Of a stretch of DNA of 64,000 nucleotides, positions 16,291 to 30,822 are shown in pieces. The stretch is from the human T2T-CHM13v2.0 reference genome, Homo sapiens. A program made the translations under genes and the position numbers. Position 1 is the stretch's first letter. Each line of letters begins with the position of its first letter. Where the stretch lies: NCBI RefSeq assembly GCF_009914755.1, contig NC_060944.1; one strand, 5' to 3'. The notes below the pieces were generated by a model. It worked only from the letters and a program-made list of their open reading frames with translations, was not told the DNA's origin and did not search any database.

Positions 16291-16951
16291 CAGAGCATTA
16301 CCCAAACTTCATTCACTCATGTATAAACTGTCATAGTTGTTGTCATATCTAATATCGCTTATCCTACTGTCACATATTTGTATCATATATGGGAACATTT
16401 TACCACTCTCTCCCTATAACATGCAGTGGTCCAGGCTCTGAACTGCTGAACTGAACTGAGTTCAATTCTGATTCTACCACAAGCTGGACCATCTGGGCAA
16501 GCTACTTAACCTCTCTGTGAGCTGCAGTTTTCCCATCTCTAAAATGGAGCACATGGCTCAGTTTGCCGGCTAGTAGAGAGACTAAGTAATATGATAGAAA
16601 TAAATTACCAGGTACATTGTAGGTGCTCCATAAATACTTTGTTGGAAGGACCCTCAAAAAGTAGAATTTCTATTTAATTAGCTCTTCTAAATGACATATC
16701 CATAGTTAACATATTTCCAACACCATCATCAATATTAATGAATTTCTTAGCTTCCCAGGACTTCCCAGAAATGTCCAATTAAGTACTTGTTAAAAATGGA
16801 ATGAAAATTTAATATCCCATAGTTTGAGGCAATATCAAAAAGCCTTGTTAGTCTATTTGGATCATATCAAGGAAACTAGATAAATATATTTGCTTATATT
16901 TGCTATAGTTTTGTGTGTGTGTGTTTGCTTACTTGTGGAAACCATAATGAC

Positions 16952-17048
16952 CAATATTATACCATGGCTGAGAGTGTAGATTTGGAGGTTTTAATTTCTG
17001 ATCCCTCAGTTCATTGACTTTGTGACACTGATTATCTAATAGTTCTCT
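16952..17048 (+). repeat. Copy 1 (MIR-derived donor) of a 97-bp dispersed direct repeat
   Basis: 88/97 identical to 17662-17758, no gaps. Confidence 0.9.
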
Positions 17049-17661
17049 GTCTCAATTTCATTAGATAAGTTGGGAAGGCTTTCAGCTGTAAGTAGTAACC
17101 ACCATAACAAAAAGCCAACAGAGGCTGAAACAAAGAGGTTACAATTTTTCCTCACTTTAAAGGATGCAGAGGTAGCAATGTGCTTCTGTAGCTCAAGAAT
17201 GTCAGTGCTTTGTGGTTCACCTAGTCTTTCCTTATGGTCACAGGATGCCTAACCCAGTTCACTTTTATGGCAGGGAAAAGAGAAACAAGTAGAACCACTG
17301 ACATCTAATCATTTGCAAGACAACAAACCCCTGCCCAGAAACTTTCCAGCCGTCTCTTCTGTTCGGGCTTCACTGGCCTGAATTGTGCCATAAGGCCAAG
17401 TTGCAAGGGAGCCTGGGAGGGGCTCCAGAGTGGAAGTGGCCGAGGAACAGGGAGCTGTCGTGAGGATGAACTGAGATAATGCTTATAAAGGGCTTGGCAC
17501 TGTGCCGGACTGTAACAAGCACTTCATACTTACAATGATTGGCATTTTCATAATCGGGCTGTTTGAACTGGAACAGGGAAACTCAGCCCTGATTCCAGTG
17601 TTCTGCAGGGAGTGAGTGTTAGACGCAGGGCAAAAACCTGATTTTCTGCCATACTGGATGA

Positions 17662-17758
17662 CAATATTATAACATGACTGAGAGCATAGATTTGGGGGTT
17701 TTAATTTCTGATCACTTAATTCATTGACTTTGTGACATTGATTATCTAATAGTTCTCT
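17662..17758 (+). repeat. Copy 2 of the 97-bp direct repeat
   Basis: Offset exactly 710 bp from copy 1. Confidence 0.9.
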
Positions 17759-17900
17759 AATAGCTCCCCTCCATGAGGGGCGGGTTTATGTCTTTCTTGT
17801 CAATTAGCCCAGCTCAGTGCCTAAAAGTAGATAAACATATGGTGCTGCTGAATAAATATTTGATAAATGAATACATACGTAAAGATAATTTGATACATTT

Positions 17901-18786
<886 letters not shown>

Positions 18787-18904
18787 GATAATTTGGTGCA
18801 TTTCTTAAAGTTTTTACTGTTCACCATTCTCAAAAGCCATTTATTCGTTGTCTATTTAATAAACTTCAGAATATAAGAATCATAAAACTGGAACTTTTGT
18901 AAGT

Positions 18905-19495
18905 ATATTAATTATCTCTTGCTGTGTAACAAATTTTCCCTAAACGTACTCGCTTAAAATATGGACATTTAAAAACTTTTTTTTTCTATTTATTAAAATA
19001 AAATATTGTCTCAAGGGCCAGCTAGAAAAATAATGGACATTTCTTAGCTCACGGTTTCTGAGGTCAGCAATCCTACAGCAGTTTGGATGGATGGTTCTGG
19101 CTCAGGGCCTCTTGTGAATAGTCAAGATGCAGTCAAGATGTTGTTCTGGGCTGTAGGCACCTAAAAGCTTGACTGGAGTTGGATAACATGCTTCTGAGCA
19201 GGCTCACGCACGTGGCTGTTGGCTGGAGGCCTCTGTTCCTCACTATGCAGACCTTCCCATAGGGAAGCTTGAGTTCTCATGTCGCAGCAGCTGAGTTCCT
19301 AAGAGGAACAGCAAGGAGGAAACTCCAGTGCCTTTTATGATTAGTCTTGGATGTCACCCAGTGTCGCCCCCACAACCTTCTGTTCCTTAGAAACAAGTCT
19401 CTGGACTCCGCCTACACTCAAGGGGAAGGGAAATAACCTCTGCCTTTTGGAGACAGGAGTGCCAGAGAATTTGTGGACCTATTTTAAAACCACCT
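18905..19495 (-). mobile_element. MLT1 (MaLR) solo LTR
   Basis: ttgctgtgtaacaaat..., gatggttctggctcaggg..., ctattttaaaaccac. Confidence 0.7.
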
Positions 19496-19773
19496 CCAAC
19501 TGTTTCGTTCAATGATTTCTAGCATCTAAATATGCTTGGCTCATATAGTCAGTGCTTTAATGGAAGTGGTTCCTGTTTATAGGTCTTCAACCTTATACAA
19601 TTGGGGGCTTCCCAAAAGAAAAAGAACACAAAATTAGTTAGGAAAGTTAACGTTTATTTAGAATAAAAGAAGAAAGTACAACAAATTGTAAAAATTTTAA
19701 AGCTGAAAAAAATTACTAATATCATAAAATCCTCCCAAAATAGCATCTTTTAAAAATTAACCAACTGCTTGAC

Positions 19774-19965
<192 letters not shown>

Positions 19966-20057
19966 TAACAATACTGGGTTATTATTTTATAGAGAGTGAC
20001 TATGAGAAGGAGGATTTAGTCTTTCCTCCATCATGACTGATCAGAATTTTTAATATA

Positions 20058-20345
20058 ATTTAATTTAATTTTAGAGACAGGGTCTCACTCTGTCGCCCAG
20101 GCTGGAATGCCATGGAGTGATCATATGCTAACTGCATTGTCAAACTCCTGGGCTCGGGTGATCCTCCTGCCTCAGCCTCTAGAGTAGCTGGGACCACAAG
20201 TATTAGCCACCACACTTGACTAATTCAATTTTTTTTTTTTGGTAGAGACGAGATCTTGTTATATTGCGCGTGCTGGTCCTGAACTCCTGGCCTCAAGTGA
20301 TCCTCCCAAAGTGTTGGGATTGCAGGTGTGAGCCACTGTGCCTGA
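20058..20345 (-). mobile_element. AluJ
   Basis: Diverged reverse-strand dimer. Confidence 0.85.
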
Positions 20346-20864
20346 CACGATTGATCAACAAAAATTTTTTTTAATTACTATTGTCAGTTTTGAAAAGTTT
20401 CTTTTGGCTTCACCACTTATTACTGGTCAGGTATTGTAAAATTTTAGGATTATTGTGTTAAATTTCAGAAAACATATATCACATTTCTTTCTTACATGAA
20501 CTCCAAGATTTCAGGGCAATTCGAGTTTTCTTGCACAGCAATTAATCTTAATGCTCTTTGAAGGATGACACTCATTAACCAGTCTTGTTGTCCCCATCCT
20601 CTGTGTAAAGATGGAGCATGTGCTTTATGTTATCTTTGTCGATGCCAATACATCATGTCAAGTCAACAAGAACTTTACTTCATTTTTCTGGGTGATTCTA
20701 TCATTTACTCCTCTTTAATAATAGGATGATTGGATAACCCAATCGCTTATTCATTACTTTTACTCAAAATTCCGTCTTGTTCTTAATGGTGTGACCTGTG
20801 TTCTGTTTCAACAGAGAACTCACTGAGAGTTAAAGGTCAAGGTGCATCAAACATTATGAGAGGC

Positions 20865-21160
20865 GGCTGGGCACAGGGGCTCACACCTATAATCCCAGCA
20901 CTTTGGGAAGCTGAGGCAGAGAGATCAGCTGAGGCCAGAAGTTGGAGACCAGCCTGGCCAACATGGTGAAACCCCATCTCTACTAAAAATACAAAAAGTA
21001 GCTGGATGTGGTGGCACACACTTATAACCCCAGCTATTTGAGAGGCCGAGGCTGAGAGTTGCTCAAACCCGGCAGAAGGAGGTTGCAGTGAGCTGAGATC
21101 ATGCCACTGCACTCCAGCATGGGGGACAAAGTGAGACTTTGTCTCAAAAAAAAAAAAAAA
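20865..21160 (+). mobile_element. AluS
   Basis: Full dimer. Confidence 0.9.
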
Positions 21161-21279
21161 TTCATGAAAGGCCACCGGATTTGTTGGAAATGCACTAACC
21201 GTGACCATCCTGTGTGTTCTCACACACATGCTTGCTGTTTGTGGAACTGCAACACTGAAAGGTACATTTCAGTGTCTGC

Positions 21280-21432
21280 ATATACTGTTTTACTGGAACA
21301 CAGCTATGCTTATTCTACATGGATGCTTTTGTGTCACGCTGTCTGAGTTCAGTAATTGCATTAGAGGCTACGTGGCCTACAAAACCTAAAGGATTTGCTA
21401 TTTGGCTCTTTACAAAAAATTTGCTGACCAGC
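21280..21432. mobile_element. MER58-like hAT-Charlie MITE fragment
   Basis: ttactggaacacagc...tggcctacaaaacctaaa...tttgctgacc. Confidence 0.65.
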
Positions 21433-21691
21433 TACCCTCCTATGGCAATAAGTAAAAGATATACTCACCCCTTCGGCCTCACTGAAGCAATGACCATTTT
21501 TCAGTCCTGAGTACATACCAACCTGTAGACTGCCTCAAGACTTACCTCCCTGCTATTCCTTCTGCCTGGAACATTCTTCTCTTTCCTAGCTAGTTTTCCT
21601 TCTGATCCCATTCATTCTTCAGACAATATCACCTAATAAGAAAATACTTCTCTGAACGCCTATCTACAACAGGTCCTCCCTGTTCTTCTTC

Positions 21692-22172
<481 letters not shown>

Positions 22173-22324
22173 AACCTTCCTGTTACTCTTCACCATAGTT
22201 TCCTGCTCTTTTCCATGATGGTCCTGCCCATGGTTTCTAATGATTGATTGATCTTCTTGTTTAAAGTTGTTGTCCTCTTTACTCTGTAAACTCCCTGTCA
22301 ATAGAAACTACATGTCTTATCACG

Positions 22325-22565
22325 ATAGGTAAAAAACATGTACTCCGAAGTCAGATGGCCTGGATTTGAATCCCGGCTCTGTTACTTATAAGTCATGGAA
22401 GCTCGAGTAAGTCATTTCCCCTCTCAGCTTCTCAGTTTTCTCATCTGAGAATGGGTGCAGTCATAGTAACGATTGCATTAAGTTCTGAAGGTTAAATGAG
22501 TTGATGCAGATAAACCACTAAGAACAATGCCTGGCTCATCATAAGCGTTAGAGAAGAGTTAGTTA
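22325..22565 (+). mobile_element. MIR
   Basis: ggatttgaatcccggctctg...ctcagttttctcatctg. Confidence 0.75.
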
Positions 22566-22934
22566 TTAATACTCAAAACTGTATCTTCAAGGTCCAGCAC
22601 AAAAGAGCTGAATGAGTATCCCTTTAACAAGTGAAACTTTTTTTTTCTGAATGAAGCAGTAGTGGAATGAAGGTTTTATCTAGATGAAAAAATAAGTATC
22701 TCATATCTCTCTTGCTCTTTAATCATATGCTGCTGTACTGAAACACTATGGGCGTCTAATTTCATTTATCACATGAAAGGCAATGATTCACCTTGACTTA
22801 CAAAACAAAGTCGAATCAGTAATGCAAGAGTTTGAATTATTTTTTAAAATTAATCCCCCCTCCCCCCAAGACTCCCCCAGGATCTGTATTAGTATGCCAT
22901 GGCCAGAGTAAAACCTATAAATATTATGAGGCCT

Positions 22935-23340
22935 ACATTACTCAGCTGTTGCCACAATAATGCAAAAAATCACTCCAAGACTCAGTGGCTTAAAATGGTA
23001 ATTATTTATTCTCACATAAACATTTGCAAGTTAGCTGGGGTTTAGATGACCTGGGGTGGTCCGGGCTGGGCTTCAAGTTATGGGCTGAGTCCAAGTTTGC
23101 TCCAGGTGTCTTCCATCTTCCTTGGACGCAGGCATGTGTATGCATCTCAAGGCAATGTTGGAAGTGCAGGAGAGCCAGGCCCACTGTGCAAATCCACAGT
23201 GACCTTGATGGCATCATGCTTGCTAACATCTTACTGGCCAATAGTCACATGGCCAAGTCCAACATCCCTAAGTCAGGGAAGGGTATTCCTCCAAAGTGTG
23301 GAGGAGTAAAAATTTTCTGAACACAAATCCGAACTATCCC
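22935..23340 (-). mobile_element. MLT1 (MaLR) LTR, degenerate
   Basis: ctcagtggcttaaaa...ttattctcaca...agtcacatggccaag. Confidence 0.6.
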
Positions 23341-25910
23341 AAGACCTGTACCCAAATAAAAATGAAAACAAAACTCAACTAAAACTTAAAACTGTGTCTT
23401 CCAAGGGACAAAAAAATCTGTATGTTGAAACTTAAATTAACTTTCCTGAATTTTCTTGTTGCATCATTTGGCCAGTAAGGCAGGAGCACGGTGTTCTCTC
23501 TGCTTTTCTGGTCCTTGAAGCATGTGCTTCGTCTGCATAATGGACCAATCAGAGCTGTTTATGTTTCTGTCCTAGCACCGCCCCCATGCAGCAGATATTT
23601 GATAAAGTTGGTGGAAGGCAATTGTTGAATTCTATAAATATATGGCAATTGCATCAATGCATGCTATATTTGTTTTACAGAAATTTAAGGTCGCTGTAGG
23701 TATTGTGCGTTTCTACATCAAAGCTTCAAAAATAGTTCCGGGGTGTGGAGGTGCACATAGCTTCTACTAGCAATACACACACTCTGGAGCACTCCCGGGA
23801 AGTCGTGGCCTCTGGGTTTTCTGTTTGTTTTTCTGTCTCCTTTGCAATGTAAATGAAATCACTTTCTCAGCCTGATCATTGCTCGAGGGAAATGCATGCC
23901 TGGAAAATAATCAACAGAGAGGAGAATGTAGACAAGTAAGTAAACAGTTTAATGAATATAAAATAAAACGTGAATTAAAGCTGGCTTTCAGAACCTACCA
24001 TTATCCTTTCATCCACTGTTTATTCAATAATTACACAGTCAATTACAACTTGCATAAAGGATTTTATATACCTATTAGTCTATAAATATCTACAGTATAT
24101 GCGTATTTATAGATAAAGAGGGAGGAGAGGATCGTGACTGAGGAAAAGCGTTCTGACAGAAATAACTGCAAATATTGCAAGGTTGAGCTTCTACCAATGC
24201 TAGTTTTTCCTGACCCAGGAGAACTCACATAGTGTTATGAATTTTAATATCACAGCAATTTTTTATCGAGAACCTAACAGGAGCCGCACATTGGATTAAC
24301 CGAGAAATCTCTCTGTATCTATACTCATATTATTTCTAACCCATGTGACACAGCCACCATATATCCCATTTTACAGAGGAGAACACTGAGACTCAGGAAG
24401 CAGTTCGAGCCTGTGTTTGAACTCTATTATGTTTCACGAGAGAATAGGCCTGTGATGAAGTTTGGCTACCCACCTGTGTACAGAGAGGGCCGATGGAAGA
24501 CAAACAATGCAGGCATATTGATATCCATGTGGCTGTCGCATTTTTTGTGTGCCAGGATTAATGTAATAGAACACTCAGCATGGAAAGCCACCCCGGGGCT
24601 GCTCCTGTATATATTTTGTTACATATTCCCTTCTGTTTCCCTTCAGTCATTTAACATAGAGCTTCTTTCACTGGAGGACGAGAATAGGCGTGGTGAGTAT
24701 GTCTCCTGGATTAGCAGGTGCCTCTGGTTTGAAAATGTTCATTCTCAGAACCATCGGTGAAACCCAGAGATGAAATCTTACAAGCTAATGATAAAGCTTC
24801 AAGTAGCCACCACCATGGGAAGGACTTAATTATGTGATGTTTAAAGCAGTGTCTGTAGATTACACAGATATGGTGTCTCCTTTCTGTCTGGCACATGCCT
24901 TACAAGGCACCTTTATTGAATCATGACTGTTAGCTTTCCTTGGCTGTGTATTAGGGCCCTGGAAGCTTCTATTCAGGTTTAGCTATTATCCACGCAAAGA
25001 TCGTTATTGCTCTCTTGTTTGTATTTTAGCCTGGAGATTTGTCAAGGAAAGAAAAAACAATTAGGTAACTGTGTAATGACAAAAGAGCAATTTGGTTTGA
25101 AAAGTCTCAGAAAACAGCTATTTTTTTTTTAACTTCTAGGGCATTTCTGCTTTTTTGAAAACAAAATATGTTTAGGAGAATCTTTGTTTTTACAGATACA
25201 AAATAAAGCAAGAGGGTTTCTGCCTTTCTAGTTAAAGAGCAATCTTTAAAAGTCATCCAAGAAAAGTTGGCTCTGTTTTCTGAATTGCTATTTGGGAGAA
25301 CAAAAGAAGCAAGGGAAAGTTTGACTTGACTTCCTCTACAATTTGTTTATATCATCGGAGCAGAAAGAATCTCAGGGCTCAGCTCTCCACTTCCTGAATG
25401 AGGAGAGAGAGAGAGAGAAAAAAATGCCCGTGTGTCAAATTCATTGAGATGTGCAAAGTGATCAGCAAAAATCCTGATGGACTGGAGCCCAAATGGCAAA
25501 GGAAGGATATTCTTCAATTCAGCTGCTATCTGGCAAGAGAGCTGCAAAGTCCTGATGGCGAGTGTCACCAAATACCTCCTCCTCTCCTCCCCAGCCACAG
25601 AAAGGACAGGCAAGGAGGGTGCAGCCTCTCCTGGCCTGTTGCTATGGAGTCGGGCTAATCCAAGACAATGTTTCAGTCGGTCCAATCCAAAGACAGCAGT
25701 GGTAGCAATGGAATAGCATTGAAATTATAAATATTTACTTGAAAATAATGCTCAAGCCAGACTTAACTGAAATGATAAGGTCCTGTTTACTTCTCTTGGT
25801 AGTAGCCAGCTGAAACAACCAAACCAGTTAAGCAACATTTTTTTTTTTTTTTTTTTGGTCAGGTATGTACTGAATCACTGGCAGCAAACTTGTGGGATTT
25901 TAGGAGAGAG

Positions 25911-25913
<3 letters not shown>

Positions 25914-25946
<33 letters not shown>
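25914..25946. repeat. (TC)n microsatellite
   Basis: Read directly. Confidence 0.95.
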
Positions 25947-25951
<5 letters not shown>

Positions 25952-27559
25952 TGGGCAGAATGCTTATTTTTGTTTCGTTTTGTTTGTTTTAAGGAAAACA
26001 ACAACAGAACTTGAGGCTGGCTGAGTTTATTAGATTACTGATTATCACTGTTAGTTTCCCGCTGCTTGTATTTGTTGGGGGTGGTAAGGGAGATGAGGAC
26101 AAGAATTCAGATGAAAAACACCCAGGCTTTTCTCTTCATGAAATCCCCCCTGTGAGGTTTTCCAGCTTGCCTTCCCATAACTTGATTCTGATGAGGTCTG
26201 CCATAGCTAACCTATTAAAGAGAACATTGAAATTGGTGGGTGAAAAGGGTTAAAAATACAGCTTAGCAGTGAATATATTCGGGTTTAGCACCCTTACTGG
26301 AGGCTGTGATTTCACTGGCCTTGGAATACCAGAGGGAATTGCAAAACATGTAGATAGAATGAAGAGATAGAGTGCAGACAGAGTGGGGACAGAACAGAGT
26401 GGTAAAGAGAACCAGGCTAAGGGTGGCTACTTCCCTCTGAAGGGTGGGTCATTCTTGCTAAAGTGGGTTTCTTGGTGAATTACAGTGGCAGCTCAGAGCT
26501 GGGTAAGAGGAGAAAATGCCATCCAATAAGGCTGGAGGCAGTTTGAAAGATGAATAATATAACATGCAGTGATTTCAAACTTCACGCTTTCTTATTGAAA
26601 GTTTTTCTTCCAGTTTGGAAGGCAAGTTTCAATCGATTCTCTTGTCTAATCCCTGCTTCCTGCCAGGCTGAGCTGTTGCTGTTTTCAAGAAGAAACCTGG
26701 GCCTTGATTTGAATGCTTCAAACACTCAGTGCTCAATTAGCCCTCTTTTGAATCCTCTCTGACGGTTGGTTAAATATGGGTCGAAAGTGCTTTTTTAAAG
26801 TGGAACTGATCTTGGGTTGAGGTAACTTAATCTTCCGGGTGTTAAGACGCTGAAAAATAATGTTTTAACGGAACAATTACTAGAAGACATGGAAATTGCA
26901 TTAGGCTCGTCTGTCCAGTTCTATTTTATAGACATGAACATTTCAAAGTACAAAGGGCTATTCTATAAAAAGGACACTTGGCTATTCTTTATAAAGGTTC
27001 CCCTTGTACTTTTATAGAATGTTTACAAGGTTAATAAGTATGCTTTTTTTTTTATCACTGTATATTTTAAATGGCCCAACGACTGCTCCCACGTTGATTT
27101 GAGAATCATTGAAACTGCCTGAATGGAGCAGGGGTATCCTTTGTTTCCCATTGATTTGGAAACAAAAGACTCAGGGGGGAAAGAAAAGTTTAGTTTGCTT
27201 CTGAATGCCATATGCAGATGAACGTTCTGCTGATAAAATACACCAAGGATCTGAAAACTTTTTCAAGTCTTAGAACAGGAAGGTTACTCTTGCAGTCACA
27301 CTGCATGTTTGAACCTGCCTTCCATTTTTCATTTCTCCCATTGTGCCCTGGGCTACCATGGGATTACTTATGTCACACACCCAAGTCTTCGGAAAAAAAT
27401 AAACAGCAGTCAATAGAAGAGAACCACCATCAAACGAGGCAAAAGTTGTCTGCTGTTTCTTACTTAGGAAATACCCCATGGACATCATCAGTAAATAAGG
27501 TCCCCCACTTTCCCCCTCATCATTTTTCCCAATTTCTCTATATCCAAGATTCCCATCCT

Positions 27560-29025
27560 TGGCGCTAATATTTACGACTAGAACATTCTTTATTGTTGGT
27601 GGCTGTCCCGGGCAGTGTAGGGTGCTCACCAGTATCTGGTGACAGTAGCTGTTCCCTCTACAGTCATGAAAATAAAAAATGTGAAAATTGAGAGCTGGGC
27701 ACAGTGGGTTCACCTGTAGCCCCAGCTACTCTGATGGCTGAGGCAGGAGGTTCCTTTAAGCCCAGGATTTCTAGTCAAGCCTGGGTAATGTAGGAAGACA
27801 TTGCCTCTAAAATACATATATACACATATATATTTTATATACAATTTATTATATATTTTATATACAATATATTATATATTTTATATACAATATATTATAT
27901 ATTTTATATACAATATATTATATATTTTATATACAATATATTATATATTTTATATACAATATACTACATATGATATATTATATATAATTTATTATTTATA
28001 TATAATATATATTATGTAATAATATATATAATAATAATATATAATATATAATATATATAATATATAATATATAATATATAATATATATAATAATATAATA
28101 TATATATTATATATTATATATCATATATAACGCATATAATATATATTATATAACGCATATAATATATATTATATAACACATATATATAATACATACAACA
28201 TATAATATATTGTATATATAATACATACAATATATAATGTATTATATATAATATATTTTATATAATATATTATATAATATATATTTTATATAATATATTA
28301 TATATAATATATATTTTATATAATATATTATATATAATATGTTATATATTATATATTATATATAATATATTTTATATATAATATATATTTTATATATAAA
28401 ACTAAAATAAATGTTATATATAATGTATAAATTTATATACAAATATAATTATACATAAATATAAATATCTAGAATATAGCATATATGGTATAGATCATAT
28501 ATATCATACTATATTATAATATATATTATAATATATAGTATTATAGTATGATATATACTATATTTTATATTATATACTATATACTATATGATATGCATCA
28601 TATATTATATGATATATAGTACATACTATATATGTATCATATATTATATGATATATAATATATATAATATATAACATGTAGGATATACACTATATAATTT
28701 TATATATAATATAGTATACATATTATATATAAGTATGCAGCCTAAGCAATATGGCAAAACTCCGTCTCTACAAAAAAATTAGCTGGGGGTGGTGGTATGT
28801 GCCTGTGGTCTCAGTTACTCAGGAGTCTGAGGCGGGAGGATCACCTGAACCTGGGGAGGTCGAGGCTGCAGTGAGCCACGACTGCACTTCAGCCTGGGCA
28901 ACTGAGTGAGAACTTGTCTCAAAAAAAAAAAAAAAAAAAAGTAAAGTGTCAACGTTGCCAATGTTTCCAAGAAGGGGAGGTGGGGGGTTGGCTTCTGGTT
29001 GGGAAATACTACTTGAGAACCATCT
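27560..29025. mobile_element. MER20 (hAT) split by a FLAM (27693-27810), the AT tract and a truncated AluJ (28738-28940)
   Basis: ggctgtcccgggcagtgtaggg on the left; ...ttgagaaccatctg on the right. Confidence 0.55.
27811..28735. repeat. ~0.9-kb AT-rich low-complexity / minisatellite tract
   Basis: Nearly pure A/T; 23-bp unit tatattttatatacaatatatta x~5 from 27852. Confidence 0.95.
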
Positions 29026-29899
29026 GCCCACAGACTCCTGCTTGAGAAAAGAAGAGGTTAGTTAAATGCTCAGCCAGTTATAATGAAAACAACTGGTTAC
29101 AAAATAGTACTTTTAGTCAGAATTCATAGAGTAGAACTTAAAATAGACAAAAGGAAAGGGAAATAATGCATCAAGGGACCCAGAGATCACAGAATAGCCA
29201 GCCCTTCATTTTCAGGTGAGGGCCTCTGTGGGAAGGTGCGTTCCAAGCCACACAGTTGGAAGTTGAGCGAACTGAACCAAGGCTGGGCTTTTGTGTTTGC
29301 TGTTTAAACAGTGTGTGGTTTTACTCACCTACCATAGTGCTCCTCCTACTGGTGGGCACCTTAGAGTAGGCTGAAAACAACGTGTCTCACTGTCCTTTTT
29401 TGTTTGTCTCTGAGTATTTTTCCTTATGATCTTGAAGTAACATTTACTTAATTTGCAATGAATGAAAACAGGCATGTACAGCAATCGTTTAAAAAGTATA
29501 TTTTATGAGGTTTTGTAAGGATAATAGATTAAAAATTATTGTAGTGACTGTAAATAAATATGGCTATAAAAAGTTAAATTCTTTTTGGCATATAAGATAC
29601 ATCTTTGCTCCTTTAGTAGGTGTAGTTTACATCAACTATTTTGTTATATATCTAAAAAAGAGAAGCCATGCCCAGAACCAAGTATTCCAAGTCCTATAAT
29701 CATAAAGGTAATACTAGTAATGAGTGTTTCATGTTTACTTTTTAAAAAATAAGTTTTGAATTATGAGCTGTCCTGAGCAATAGCACAGGTGGACAGAATA
29801 GCATCACAAACAGTCCTGAGCTCAGCACTCTGCTTGACTGGTTTTGAGCTCTCCTGTTTCAGGGTCTTTTCAGGTCCTTCTGGCCAGGAACCGTCTTTC

Positions 29900-30212
29900 C
29901 TTTGCAGGGCTCACACCTTCCTTCCTTCATGCAAGCCTCTGCTGAGATGTTATCTCTTCGGACAGGTCTCCTGACTGCTCTATTTGTAGTGAATGCAACT
30001 CCTAAATGTATTCTGTATCATAAACAAAAAGCACCCTCCATCTCCCCTGGTCACTCTTCATAGCACTTATTATATATTTGTTTGACTTATTTATTGTCTA
30101 GCTTATCCAACTAGAATCCAGGCTGTGACTCGCTGAGGGCTTTGTTTTGTCTACCAATACCCAGAAGGATGCCTGTTATACTGCAGGCACTGAGTAAATA
30201 TCTATTGAATAA
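29900..30212 (+). mobile_element. L2 3' end
   Basis: tagcacttat...ggcactgagtaaatatctattgaataa. Confidence 0.6.
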
Positions 30213-30483
30213 AAGTATTATTGCCTGGGCAAACTTTGTAGGCAAGAGCAGGCTAGTAACAGTTTGGTGTAGGTTGATGAATTCTTACACTCTGGTAAAT
30301 GACCTTTGTCTTTTTAAGTATAATAATATTATGTTTAATGTTTAAATGGCTTAACACGACAAATTATATTTCCAAGAGTTAATCATTTATCCATCTTAAA
30401 TAACAGGTCTTGTTTTCAGTAGAGAAAAGTTTAAGAAGAAATATAAAAAATGGCCTTTCAGCCTACTGATCAGAGAAGCCCTA

Positions 30484-30822
<339 letters not shown>

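Noticed and set aside
25347-25716. Three overlapping non-repeat ORFs (79-112 aa)
   Set aside because: No domain similarity or exon structure; more likely non-coding
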